A stretch of 32,000 bases of DNA. Source: Erysipelotrichaceae bacterium (GTDB lineage: Bacteria > Bacillota_I > Bacilli_A > Erysipelotrichales > Coprobacillaceae). The notes beneath the pieces are model-generated. The model saw only the letters and a program-made list of their open reading frames with translations, was not told the origin of the DNA and did not search any database. Of this stretch, positions 16,182 to 24,157 are shown in pieces (position 1 is the first letter of the stretch; each line of letters starts with the position of its first letter). The DNA lies in the NCBI GenBank assembly GCA_028698185.1, contig JAQVDW010000020.1, forward strand, positions 2,759 through 34,758, in the 5' to 3' direction. Both the position numbers and the translations under genes were made by a program.

Positions 16182-17114
16182 TTAAAACATTTTCCTTTTC
16201 ATCAGTATTATTGCCAGAACTATGGATACGCTAAACGAGAACACCAAGATCCCGATAAAGGCCAGATTGTTCGTGGCGGCCGGGAACGGAACATTCATCC
16301 CAAAGAAGCTATAAATCATTGTCGGAATCGTCAGAAGGATGGTCACCGCGGCCATGAACTTCATCACGATGTTGAGATTGTTTGAGATTATCGATGCGAA
16401 AGCATCCATCATCCCGCCCAGGATGCCGCTGTAGATGTCAGCCATCTCCTGGACTTGGCGGTTTTCGATTACAACCTCTTCGAGCAAGGTGTACTCTAGA
16501 GAGTTCCTATCGACCAGGTTCATCTTGATGATCTTCTCAAGAACCGATTCCACCCCAATCAGCGATGTTGATATGTAGACAAGGCTCTTCTCGAGATTTA
16601 GAAGCTGGATCAGCTCCTTGTTTTTCATCGATCCTTGAAGATTCGTTTCAATCGCGTCCGACATCCGGTTTATCTGCTTGAGATACTGCAGATAATAGGT
16701 GGTGTTGTTCATCAGGATCTGCAACAGGAAATTCCATTTCCTGTCCGTCTGGAAATCGTCAAGTTTCTCTAAGATGAAATCATCGATTAGCGGGAGTTTC
16801 TTCTAGCAGATGGTGACGATATTGTCAGGCATCAGTACTATCCCCAAAGGATAGGTGGTGAATATCTTGGAGTCGCCCAATGTGTCATAAATCGGCACAT
16901 CGACCACGACGAGAATCTTGCCATCCCGGAGTTCCACCCGAGAACGCTCCAGTTCATCGAGTGAGCTGGTGATGAACCGTTCGGGGATGCCGTAGATGTC
17001 AACAAGATTCCCGATTTCGTGGGAACTTGGATTCGTGCAGTTGACCCAGCATCCCTCTTCGAGGTGGCTGATTGGAACCAGACCATCGACAAATGACTTG
17101 TAATGTTTAATCAT
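16182..17114 (-). pseudogene. corA: CorA-family Mg2+/Co2+ transporter interrupted by one in-frame TAG
   Basis: Track ORFs 16803..17114 and 16182..16724 are in the same frame. Reading continues ..DNIVTIC-TAG(16803-16805)-KKLPLIDDFILEKLDDFQTDRKWNFLLQILMNN... The C-terminus has FFGMNVPFP (the GMN motif) plus two TM segments. I see no other lesion. Confidence 0.85.
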
Positions 17115-17183
17115 AACCCTACCTCGCTTTCATGTTTTCAATCCATCTTTGATATCCGCACCTGATCCCGCCATGGGTCTGAA

Positions 17184-17428
17184 TCAAACTTTCAGCTTGA
17201 GCTTATTTCGCAACGATGCCAAGTAGAGCCGCAGTGAAGCAAGGTCGCTTTCCAGCACCTTGACCCAGACTTTCTCCAGATATGGCTGTGGGTCGCAGTA
17301 CCTTTCCCACATTCTTAGCCAACAGGTGCAGTTGCCGTACTCCATAGGCGTAAGATAAAGCTGGTGACCGGCATCCGGGTTTGGATAACTTGCTTCAAAT
17401 CACGTTTAGAGTCAATATTGTCGTCCAT
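17184..17428 (-). pseudogene. remnant of an OmpR-type response regulator (winged-helix part), frameshifted
   Basis: One minus-strand frame reads LTPMEYGNCTCWLRMWERYCDPQPYLEKVWVKVLESDLASLRLYLASLRNKLKLKV*. This follows the LTPxEY .. VW .. LR.KL pattern of a Trans_reg_C domain. The upstream part (MDDNIDSKRDLKQVIQTRMPVTSFIL) is in another frame. A possible receiver fragment (..LLDDEVKI..GYEF..) lies at about 17550-17708. Confidence 0.35.
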
Positions 17429-17741
17429 AGGACTCACCTAACAACAGCATCATATTTTACGCCTACATTATACCACTTTCACTTCAATTGTGCCATCAAG
17501 AGACTTGCCCATGGAAGGCTGTTTTTTAGACCCGGAATTCAAATTCCAAGGCTTATAGCAGCTGCATTTCCATCACTTTTGTCCGGCCGCAATTCAAAAA
17601 TTCGTATCCGTCAGAATAACTTCCATTTATTTTCACCTCATCATCAAGCAGCGGTGGAATAGCCTTTAAATATATCATTACCAATGTTAAAACTGCCCAT
17701 TCAGCCATTAAAAACGGATAAAACAAATCCAGGTGGAACTG

Positions 17742-18005
17742 TCAGATGCCAAAATATATAAAAAGGCATCTGCGCTGATCCTCATCACAAACACCGGCTT
17801 TCATTATCCTTTTTTCTTTTGGGTATATCCAGGGTCCGTTGCACCTGGTATTCGACTGAATCCTGGATATCCTCGACCATCTCACCTTTGTGGTTGACAC
17901 TGACCGATGCCCCATAAAGGTTGCCCACCTGGCCATCCTGTAGTTTGTTCCTGTCATGCTGTAGAAAATTACAGCCACTTTCAATTCGTTCATTTGTAAA
18001 ACCAC
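17742..18005 (-). pseudogene. remnant of a WrbA-type NAD(P)H:quinone oxidoreductase (flavodoxin-like), internally deleted and frameshifted
   Basis: The N-terminus MNELKVAVIFYSMTGTNYRMARWA matches the family start (..YYSxTGTNYxxAxWA). A different frame then reads GQVGNLYGASVSVNHKGEMVEDIQDSVEYQVQRTLDI, which resembles the family C-terminus (..PYGAS..). About 130 central codons are missing. Confidence 0.5.
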
Positions 18006-18407
18006 CTTGTGTTCCGGTTTCTATTTTTTCATTGGCCTAGTCCAATTTCTTTGGCAATTCTGTCAGTTCCCGCTTCTATTGGCCACTTAGATTGAAGAAG
18101 ACCTCTTAGATATTCCAATATGCTCCAGAAAAATATCAGCGACGAGAATTTCGCCCTTTTTGACGATGGCGATGACCTCGGCCCTTCTGTCAAATGGGGC
18201 TTCATGGAAGACAACCATTCCGCATTTTTCGGGATTCCTTACCACAAACATCATGTTGGCGCAAACGGAATGGTGCTCCGATTCAAGGCAATATAAGGTT
18301 CGAGAATCAGATCATTTTTCCAATTGTGACTTTTGGGGTATTCCATAGCTTAGATATATTACTGATTGGTGATAATTTCAAATGATATGCCCCTGCCCGG
18401 TTTAATA

Positions 18408-18436
18408 CAAAAAACCACCCGAATCGGGTGGTTTTT
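18408..18436 (-). terminator. intrinsic terminator downstream of the GGDEF gene
   Basis: AAAAAACCACCCG-aat-CGGGTGGTTTTT. On the minus strand a T-tract follows the stem. Confidence 0.75.
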
Positions 18437-18452
18437 CTGTCGAAGATCATCA

Positions 18453-19598
18453 TTAGGCTTGTCGGGTTTCATTGTCATATCTGGCCCGATTGAGCTTCTT
18501 GTTTTGATACATGCTCTCATCAGCCCGTTCAAGCAATGTCGAAAAACTTCCTTCAGATGCGCCGTCGTAAATGGCATGCCCGAAACTCATTGAGAGTTCG
18601 TAAGGATTACCCTCAAGAAGATTTATTTTATCGAGTTTGGCCCGGAGCCGCTGTTCTATTATTTGTGCGGCCTTTACGCTGTTAGATTCAATCACCAGGA
18701 CGAATTCATCGCCCCCGATGCGAAAAGCGCTGTCCTTTACCTTGATGTTTTTCATAAGCAAGTCGGCCGCCTTGATCAAAGCCGCATCACCTACAAGATG
18801 GCCGTGGATGTCGTTTACCTGTTTGAACCGGTCAAGATCAATCATTATGAACGTGAACGGTTGCTTCTGACGTATCTTCTGGCTGATCCGTTTTTCCAGA
18901 TTGGCGCGGGTGTACAATCCGGTCAGCTCGTCGCGTTTCATTTCATCACGTTGGACCAGGATGTAGCAGCTAAGGGCAACCAGCGATACCAGCGGCCAAG
19001 TCAGAGTCTGCTTGTAGAACATAGCCTGAAAAACAGCCCCGATCATCGGAAATATCCCAAGCGACAGGATAACATGGTGCAGCTTGGTGTTGATTGTCTT
19101 GTTGGACCTTTGGATCGACAGCAGATAACCACTGAACATGAAGATGTTCAGTGCCGTGATAAAGATGACACCGCTGTGGCGGGTGTAGACATTGGCATCA
19201 GAGATGGTGAAGATGAACCCGGTGAACGGATTGGTGGCGACAAGTCCCAACACCATCAGATTCAATCCCAAGTAGATACGCAGCCTTTTTCTCTTGACCT
19301 TCTCATCAATGATGATCGATTCATCAAGGTAGACCATCCACAGGCTCAATGGCACAAGGATCATCGCAAAAAGCTGGTAGTTGAACAGGTAGTTTAAAAA
19401 CGTACCCCAGAACCCCGGTTGTCCGTCGGTCACCCATGTTAGCATCTCGAACAGCTGGATGACCACCAGGGAAACGACTATCAGCTGGAACAGAAACGCG
19501 GTCCGCGATTTCTGTTTTACTGCTACATGGATATCATAAAATACAAACAGCAGCATTAAAATTGCGTAAATGTATATATCTATTTGTTGTAGTAACAT
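18453..19598 (-). CDS. membrane-anchored diguanylate cyclase (GGDEF domain)
   Basis: 381 aa. About 6 N-terminal TM segments are followed by DELTGLYTRANLE .. FIMIDLDRFKQVNDIHGHLVGD .. AFRIGGDEFVLV. The position of the RxxD I-site reads KVKD. Confidence 0.88.
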   Translation of the reverse strand: MLLQQIDIYIYAILMLLFVFYDIHVAVKQKSRTAFLFQLIVVSLVVIQLFEMLTWVTDGQPGFWGTFLNYLFNYQLFAMILVPLSLWMVYLDESIIIDEKVKRKRLRIYLGLNLMVLGLVATNPFTGFIFTISDANVYTRHSGVIFITALNIFMFSGYLLSIQRSNKTINTKLHHVILSLGIFPMIGAVFQAMFYKQTLTWPLVSLVALSCYILVQRDEMKRDELTGLYTRANLEKRISQKIRQKQPFTFIMIDLDRFKQVNDIHGHLVGDAALIKAADLLMKNIKVKDSAFRIGGDEFVLVIESNSVKAAQIIEQRLRAKLDKINLLEGNPYELSMSFGHAIYDGASEGSFSTLLERADESMYQNKKLNRARYDNETRQA

Positions 19599-19630
19599 AA
19601 TACCCCCTTTACATAAATGTGTATAGCATG

Positions 19631-19659
19631 ATTTTAGTATTTTTCCCGCATCTATGCAA
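19631..19659 (-). promoter_or_regulatory. sigma-A-type promoter of the GGDEF gene
   Basis: The minus strand reads TTGCAT (19659-19654), a 17-nt spacer, then TAAAAT (19636-19631). The RBS AAAGGGGG precedes ATG 19598. Confidence 0.55.
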
Positions 19660-19846
19660 TGATTTTTTTACAAAAAAAATCCACACCGATGTGTTTATCT
19701 ACAACAAAGCGCCAAAAAGAATCAGTTAGGGCCTAATTCTTATTCAATCGGAGAACAGCTTGCCAAGTCCGGACTTATGGGTCCGGTTTGATGTCAAAAT
19801 TCATCAACAGCTATCAAAAAACCGACCGTGATAGCTGGAGCATTGT

Positions 19847-20293
19847 TCAATCATGTTTTAGCGGCGTTTTTCTGCCGATTGCCAGTTGGTCGATCTCACA
19901 ACTCAGACACAGGCCGTTGTGGCAGCATCGGAGGTTGCCACATGCAGGGCACTGCCAGCGGCGCTGTTGTTCTTGCAGGAAGGCTGCCATGCCCTGGCTT
20001 TGAATCATCCTGAGATTCTCGATCATCGACATGTTGTATTTCATGCGATACCTCTTGTCGAGCGCTTTGAGCCGTCTGCAAGGAAAATCCGCACACTCGA
20101 AGCAGAACCGGACTTTCCCCTCGCCTAGGATCTGGCAACTGTCTTTCATATGGAGACAGTTCATATTGCGCGGTATGCATCCTGGACAATACTTTCGTTT
20201 GAACCCGAACCGGTTCAGGTTACCCTGATAAAACTGGTAAGCACCACAAAGGGCACAGTTCATGCCACAAGGGGCGATCATATCCTCATTCAT
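19847..20293 (-). CDS. DUF3795 Cys-rich protein
   Basis: 148 aa. The N-terminus is APCGMNCALCGAY, followed by multiple CxxC pairs (CPGC, CFECADFPC, CPAC). Confidence 0.75.
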   Translation of the reverse strand: MNEDMIAPCGMNCALCGAYQFYQGNLNRFGFKRKYCPGCIPRNMNCLHMKDSCQILGEGKVRFCFECADFPCRRLKALDKRYRMKYNMSMIENLRMIQSQGMAAFLQEQQRRWQCPACGNLRCCHNGLCLSCEIDQLAIGRKTPLKHD

Positions 20294-20370
20294 AATATAC
20301 CTCGCATAATATAATCCATCATCAGGTCCACGCTTTCTCCAAAAATCCTGAAGATTTCTGGTAACAACAT
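20290..20370 (-). CDS. candidate 26-aa micro-ORF bridging mgsA and DUF3795
   Basis: The mgsA stop TGA (20381-20383) is followed by AAGGGAGAGC and then ATG 20370. The ORF reads MLLPEIFRIFGESVDLMMDYIMRGIL. Its TGA overlaps the DUF3795 ATG as ATGA (20290-20293). It is too short for the ORF track. Confidence 0.25.
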   Translation of the reverse strand: MLLPEIFRIFGESVDLMMDYIMRGIL

Positions 20371-20380
20371 GCTCTCCCTT

Positions 20381-20890
20381 TCACTTCGTCTTGCTGGTTT
20401 CATCTTTATCCTTGTCCGGATTGAGCAATTCGACCCTGGCCTTGATATTATAGGCATAATCGATCACTTCATGATAATATGATGTGTCAATATAGCTGGA
20501 GGTTATCATGAAATCGGCTGATGACTTGTTGTTGGCCATCGGGATGTCATAAAGCTGGGCGATGCGCAACAGGGCCTTGACATCTGGGTCGTGGGGTGCC
20601 GCAGTCAGGGGGTCGGCGAAGAAAACCACGAAATCGATCGCGCCTTCGACAATCTTGGCCCCTATCTGCAGGTCCCCGCCCAAAGGTCCGGAGTTGAAAC
20701 CGTGGACATTTAGACCGGTATTTTCCCGGATCATGGCCGAGGTTGTTCCCGTTCCAAACAGGTTATGGCGTCTTAGCACCGCGTAGTTGTCCTGGCACCA
20801 CCGGATCAGTTCGCCTTTTTTGGCATCATGGGCGATCAATGCGATATTCTTGATCGCTTTTATTTCGAGTCTGACCATTTTGTTTTCCAT
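20381..20890 (-). CDS. mgsA: methylglyoxal synthase with a short C-terminal extension
   Basis: ATG 20890 (MENKMVRLEIKAIKNIALIAHDAKK..) follows AAGGAGAA. The protein carries IALIAHD, LFGTGTT, GPLGGDLQIG and DPLTAAPHDPDV. The track start at 20971 has no RBS. Confidence 0.9.
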   Translation of the reverse strand: MENKMVRLEIKAIKNIALIAHDAKKGELIRWCQDNYAVLRRHNLFGTGTTSAMIRENTGLNVHGFNSGPLGGDLQIGAKIVEGAIDFVVFFADPLTAAPHDPDVKALLRIAQLYDIPMANNKSSADFMITSSYIDTSYYHEVIDYAYNIKARVELLNPDKDKDETSKTK

Positions 20891-20949
20891 ATGGTTCTCC
20901 TTTGCAATTTGATTCTTTATACAATTTCGGGCTCCTGATTTCCAGTTAC

Positions 20950-21706
20950 AAACCACATCAGTCCACCCCATACGACAAGAATGAATATGAAATCCTCAAT
21001 GACAAATCACATTGCGGCGCGATGACCCCGCTTTTTGCAGATGCCCCAGGCAACGAATTTATAGGAATCCATGGTACCAATTCATAATCCAAAATTGTTG
21101 TGTAAAGTCTTGAAAAATACAAACCAAATTCACGACCCACGCAATGACTGCGATATAAAAACCGCCATTCAAAAAGTTCCAACACTTCTTGAAGCCACTA
21201 ACTTCACCACCTTGATATCCACTCGATTTTTCATGACTGATTTTATTGTAGCTTTAGAAACCATCACTCCGATGAGAGCTTTGATATCAGCCCTTTCAAA
21301 AATCAACAGTCTACATTCATTGGATGAGAACCTTCCGAAAACTCCAACATGAACGCCCCCACGGGCCTGCTGCACAATCGGGCAAAACAAAAGTGGATTT
21401 GGATGCCCGCCCAAAGACGTCAAGCAGTATTCCAACAGCGAACACAATCAGCACATATATCACCGGGGCTGTTTTGCGATATTACATGTCTATTCTTTTC
21501 AACTTGCGAATCTTGAATTTCTTGAGCACTAAGATCTTCACCCTCAACCTTCATAAACATGACTTCTGTCCAGTTACCGGCGTCTCGCTCGCCATATTTT
21601 TTTACCTGTGACCAATATCCTTGCCCGGTTCCGGTTATTTGTGGAGTTTCGCAAACCGATTGTATGGATGCTACCTGCCCTGAAGCATACGCAACGATAT
21701 TAACCG
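20950..21706 (-). pseudogene. decayed gene(s): fragments of a single-pass or small multi-TM membrane protein spread over three frames
   Basis: The minus-strand fragments, in order, are:
- ..AYASGQVASIQSVCETPQITGTGQGYWSQVKKYGERDAGNWTEVMFMKVEGEDLSAQEIQDSQVEKNRH (no start codon)
- RKTAPVIYVLIVFAVGILLDVF.. (a TM segment, in another frame)
- ..GFKKCWNFLNGGFYIAVIAWVVNLVCIF..
- MDSYKFVAWGICKKRGHRAAM-TGA-FVIEDFIFILVVWGGLMWFVTGNQ
No frame stays open for more than about 95 codons. Confidence 0.3.
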
Positions 21707-21772
21707 ATTGAACTATTTATTATTAACGAACTGATCACATCTTAGAAAAACATTGAATATCAGCCACTTATA

Positions 21773-22066
21773 TTATAACACCTTAATCCAACTCTCCCAA
21801 TCCAATTCCCAGTAATCGCATCTTCTTTTCCCATTATCGAAATTTCTTGAATGCGAAATTGATCCCATTTTGGCAACGGGATCGCAATCCGATACCACAT
21901 CAAAGTGTGTCATTCCTAAAAAAACATCGCCACTGCTGACATTATCCCCCAAGTAAGGCTGTTCGCCATAGAAACAAAATCGACATTGCCTTTGGTATTC
22001 TCCTCCAATGCCGGCAATCAGGCATTGTTTACCCCCGTGAATCAAACTGATTGTTTTCAGATTCAT
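21773..22066 (-). CDS. hypothetical protein (weakly DUF2185/immunity-protein-like)
   Basis: The track ORF is 21773..22108. Internal ATG 22066 gives [19 protein letters not shown]... There is no clear RBS, and the ORF overlaps the DUF2200 3' end by about 37 nt. The family call is weak. Confidence 0.3.
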   Translation of the reverse strand: MNLKTISLIHGGKQCLIAGIGGEYQRQCRFCFYGEQPYLGDNVSSGDVFLGMTHFDVVSDCDPVAKMGSISHSRNFDNGKRRCDYWELDWESWIKVL

Positions 22067-22412
22067 TGAGCAAAATCTTGTCCATGTTCTTGCCCTTGGC
22101 CAGCTCATCGATCAGCTTGTCAAGATAGCGGATTTCCTGCATCAGCGGCTCCTCGATTTGTTCAACCCGGATCCCGCAGATAAGCCCGGTAATCAGCCTG
22201 CGCGCAGGATTCAATTGCGGTGCGGAATTGAAGAAGGTGGCAAAATCAACTTGCTTGTCAAGCACTTCATCAAGCTGTTCTTGATTGTATCCCGTCAACC
22301 AGAAAATAATCCGGTCGACTTCTTCCTTGGTCCGGCCCTTCTTTTGAGCCTTGGTCAGGTATAGCGGGTAGACACTTGCGAAACTCATTGTGTATATTTT
22401 TGTATTTTTCAT
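22029..22412 (-). CDS. DUF2200-family protein
   Basis: ATG 22412 ([42 protein letters not shown]..) matches the DUF2200 consensus as I remember it. Confidence 0.8.
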   Translation of the reverse strand: MKNTKIYTMSFASVYPLYLTKAQKKGRTKEEVDRIIFWLTGYNQEQLDEVLDKQVDFATFFNSAPQLNPARRLITGLICGIRVEQIEEPLMQEIRYLDKLIDELAKGKNMDKILLNESENNQFDSRG

Positions 22413-22621
22413 ATAAGAAACGCCCCTTTTTGACACAGTGTTCTTCATAACTTAATTGTATTCCAAAAGCGAGTCCAAAGCAAACAATGTGCCATTTCGA
22501 TTGTCAAGCCATACAAAAACACCCCGGTTTGATCTGTCCAGGGTGTTCTTGACAAGCCATAAGTGGTCTGATGGTCCCTTATGGACGGTTGAAATAGGTT
22601 TTTAGAATGTGCATTGTTCCA

Positions 22622-23833
22622 TCATGTTTTCAGTTTTGACCTGGTTATCGGACCGACTATGCCATCCGCTGCGATACCACGGCTTGTCTGGAACGCTTTG
22701 ACCGCTGATAGGGTCTTTGGACCGAATACGCCATCAGCAACAAGCGGGAACTTGTAGTATGTCAGCATCTGTTGAAGCTGTTTTACCGCGGTCCCGACTG
22801 AACCGTATTTCAATGTCGGCCAAGTGTCGATTGTCGCGTTGGATACCGGTGCTGTGGTTGTTGTCGGGGTTGTTGTAGTCGTTCCGGTTTTCAGTTTTGA
22901 CCTGGTTATCGGACCGACTATGCCATCAGCTGCGATACCACGGCTTGTCTGGAACGCTTTGACCGCTGATAATGTCTTTGGACCGAATATACCATCAACA
23001 ACAAGCTGGAACTTGTAGTATGTCAGCATCTGTTGAAGCTGTTTTACCGCGGTCCCGACTGAACCGTATTTCAATGTCGGCCAGGTGTCGATTGTTGCAT
23101 CGGATATCGGCGGAGTGGTTGAAGTCGAGTAGGTATGATTTACCAGTTCCGGAACAGTAACGAACTGATAGCCTCGTGATCTCAAGGTTGTAATGATGGT
23201 CGGCAAGGCATTTTTGGTGTTGGTCGCTCCGTCACCGGTATGCATCAGTACAATCGCACCCGGTGTGGCATTATCGAGGACCTTGCTTGTGATTGCAGCA
23301 GTGGATACTCCGCTCCAATCAATCGTATCAATGGTCCAATAGATTGTCTTGGTATATCCCGCATCCCCGACAACCTGCAATACAGTGCTGTTGTAAGCTC
23401 CATAAGGCGGACGGAAATATGGAATGGTAGACTTTCCGGTAAGGTTCTTGATGATGGTTTCGGTTTGTTGGAGCTCACTTACCATCTGGCTTGCTGATAT
23501 CTGGGTGAAATAAGGATGTGAGTACGAATGGTTGCCCAGGGGATGACCCGCGGCAGCCATCTTTTTGATGATGTCAGGATGATGTTGTGCCCCCTGTCCG
23601 GTCACAAAGAATGTCGCCTTGACATTGTAACTTGCCAGGATAGCCAAAATCGCTTCCGCGTTACCGCCATCTGACCCGTCATCGAAAGTAAGGGCGATGA
23701 CCTTGTCGGTCGTGGTGACCTTGGAGATAAGCTGGCTGGATGTTGCCGATACTTGGCCAAGAACCATCGACATAATCATGAAGCTGATAATCAAAGATGA
23801 TAATATTACCTTCACTCTGCGTGTTTTTTTCAT
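22622..23833 (-). CDS. secreted polysaccharide deacetylase (NodB domain) with two C-terminal PG_binding_1 domains
   Basis: 403 aa. The signal or anchor segment is MKKTRRVKVILSSLIISFMIMSMVL. The NodB motifs are TFDDG, HSYSHP, FRPPYG and VLMH. These are followed by two copies of ..WPTLKYGSVGTAVKQLQQML..DGIFGPKTLSAVKAFQ.. separated by a Thr-rich linker. Confidence 0.9.
   Translation of the reverse strand: MKKTRRVKVILSSLIISFMIMSMVLGQVSATSSQLISKVTTTDKVIALTFDDGSDGGNAEAILAILASYNVKATFFVTGQGAQHHPDIIKKMAAAGHPLGNHSYSHPYFTQISASQMVSELQQTETIIKNLTGKSTIPYFRPPYGAYNSTVLQVVGDAGYTKTIYWTIDTIDWSGVSTAAITSKVLDNATPGAIVLMHTGDGATNTKNALPTIITTLRSRGYQFVTVPELVNHTYSTSTTPPISDATIDTWPTLKYGSVGTAVKQLQQMLTYYKFQLVVDGIFGPKTLSAVKAFQTSRGIAADGIVGPITRSKLKTGTTTTTPTTTTAPVSNATIDTWPTLKYGSVGTAVKQLQQMLTYYKFPLVADGVFGPKTLSAVKAFQTSRGIAADGIVGPITRSKLKT
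22627..23123. repeat. in-frame tandem duplication (261-nt period) encoding the PG-binding domain
   Basis: Copy 1 (22627-22862) and copy 2 (22888-23123) differ at 8 positions over the approximately 206-nt core by my manual alignment. The edges are more divergent. Confidence 0.9.
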
Positions 23834-24157
23834 TTTGAATCACCTCTTTAAGGTAACATGATCAATTAAAAAACCATTACTATTATTAATTTCCAATAAC
23901 GCCTATCCTATTCAACGCCAGATTCGTGCATCTGCAAATTTCTGTCAAAAAGAACTTGCTCCTTTTTGTTCCAGACTTCTTTTTCGTCCCCTTTCGACAC
24001 TAAACAACACTACACTCTCTAAGTACATTATACTACTATTTGGCGACATTTAAACATAATTAACTCAATATTCAACCGATTTTAAAATATGAAAAAAGGA
24101 ATCCCCCAAATGGAACCCCCTTTAAAAAACGCGCCTATGCAATTACTTTAAGCATCA

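Noticed and set aside
16803-16805. Pyrrolysine or general reassignment of TAG as a sense codon.
   Set aside because: Six intact genes use TAG as their genuine stop, with terminators or next-gene starts right after. The window contains no pyl genes and no tRNA. Only the weaker hypothesis of a suppressor or read-through is kept, as a low-probability finding.
17743-17772. The hairpin CAGATGCC-N14-GGCATCTG downstream of the WrbA remnant, considered as a terminator.
   Set aside because: No T-tract follows the stem on either strand, and the loop is 14 nt and AT-rich. It is not a canonical intrinsic terminator.
20990-21060. TGA read as Trp (Mollicutes-type genetic code 4), prompted by an in-frame TGA in a hydrophobic fragment.
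   Set aside because: TGA clearly terminates many well-defined genes here, with the next gene starting immediately. Examples are mrpE, F, G, B, C and D, DUF2254, the MFS transporter, mgsA, the deacetylase and the ABC ATPase. The fragment sits in a multiply frameshifted region.
22627-23123. Repeat structure that could be taken for a CRISPR array or a satellite.
   Set aside because: There are only two copies with a 261-nt period. They are in frame inside a CDS and encode a duplicated PG_binding_1 domain. There is no short repeat-spacer architecture and there are no cas genes.
23900-24040. A c-di-GMP-I (GEMM) or c-di-AMP (ydaO) riboswitch in the deacetylase leader, prompted by CGAAAGGGGACGAAAAAG.
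   Set aside because: There is only a loose resemblance to the GGACGCAAAGCC core. I could not build the flanking helices, the tetraloop/receptor elements or the second hairpin. A covariance-model scan is needed before any claim.
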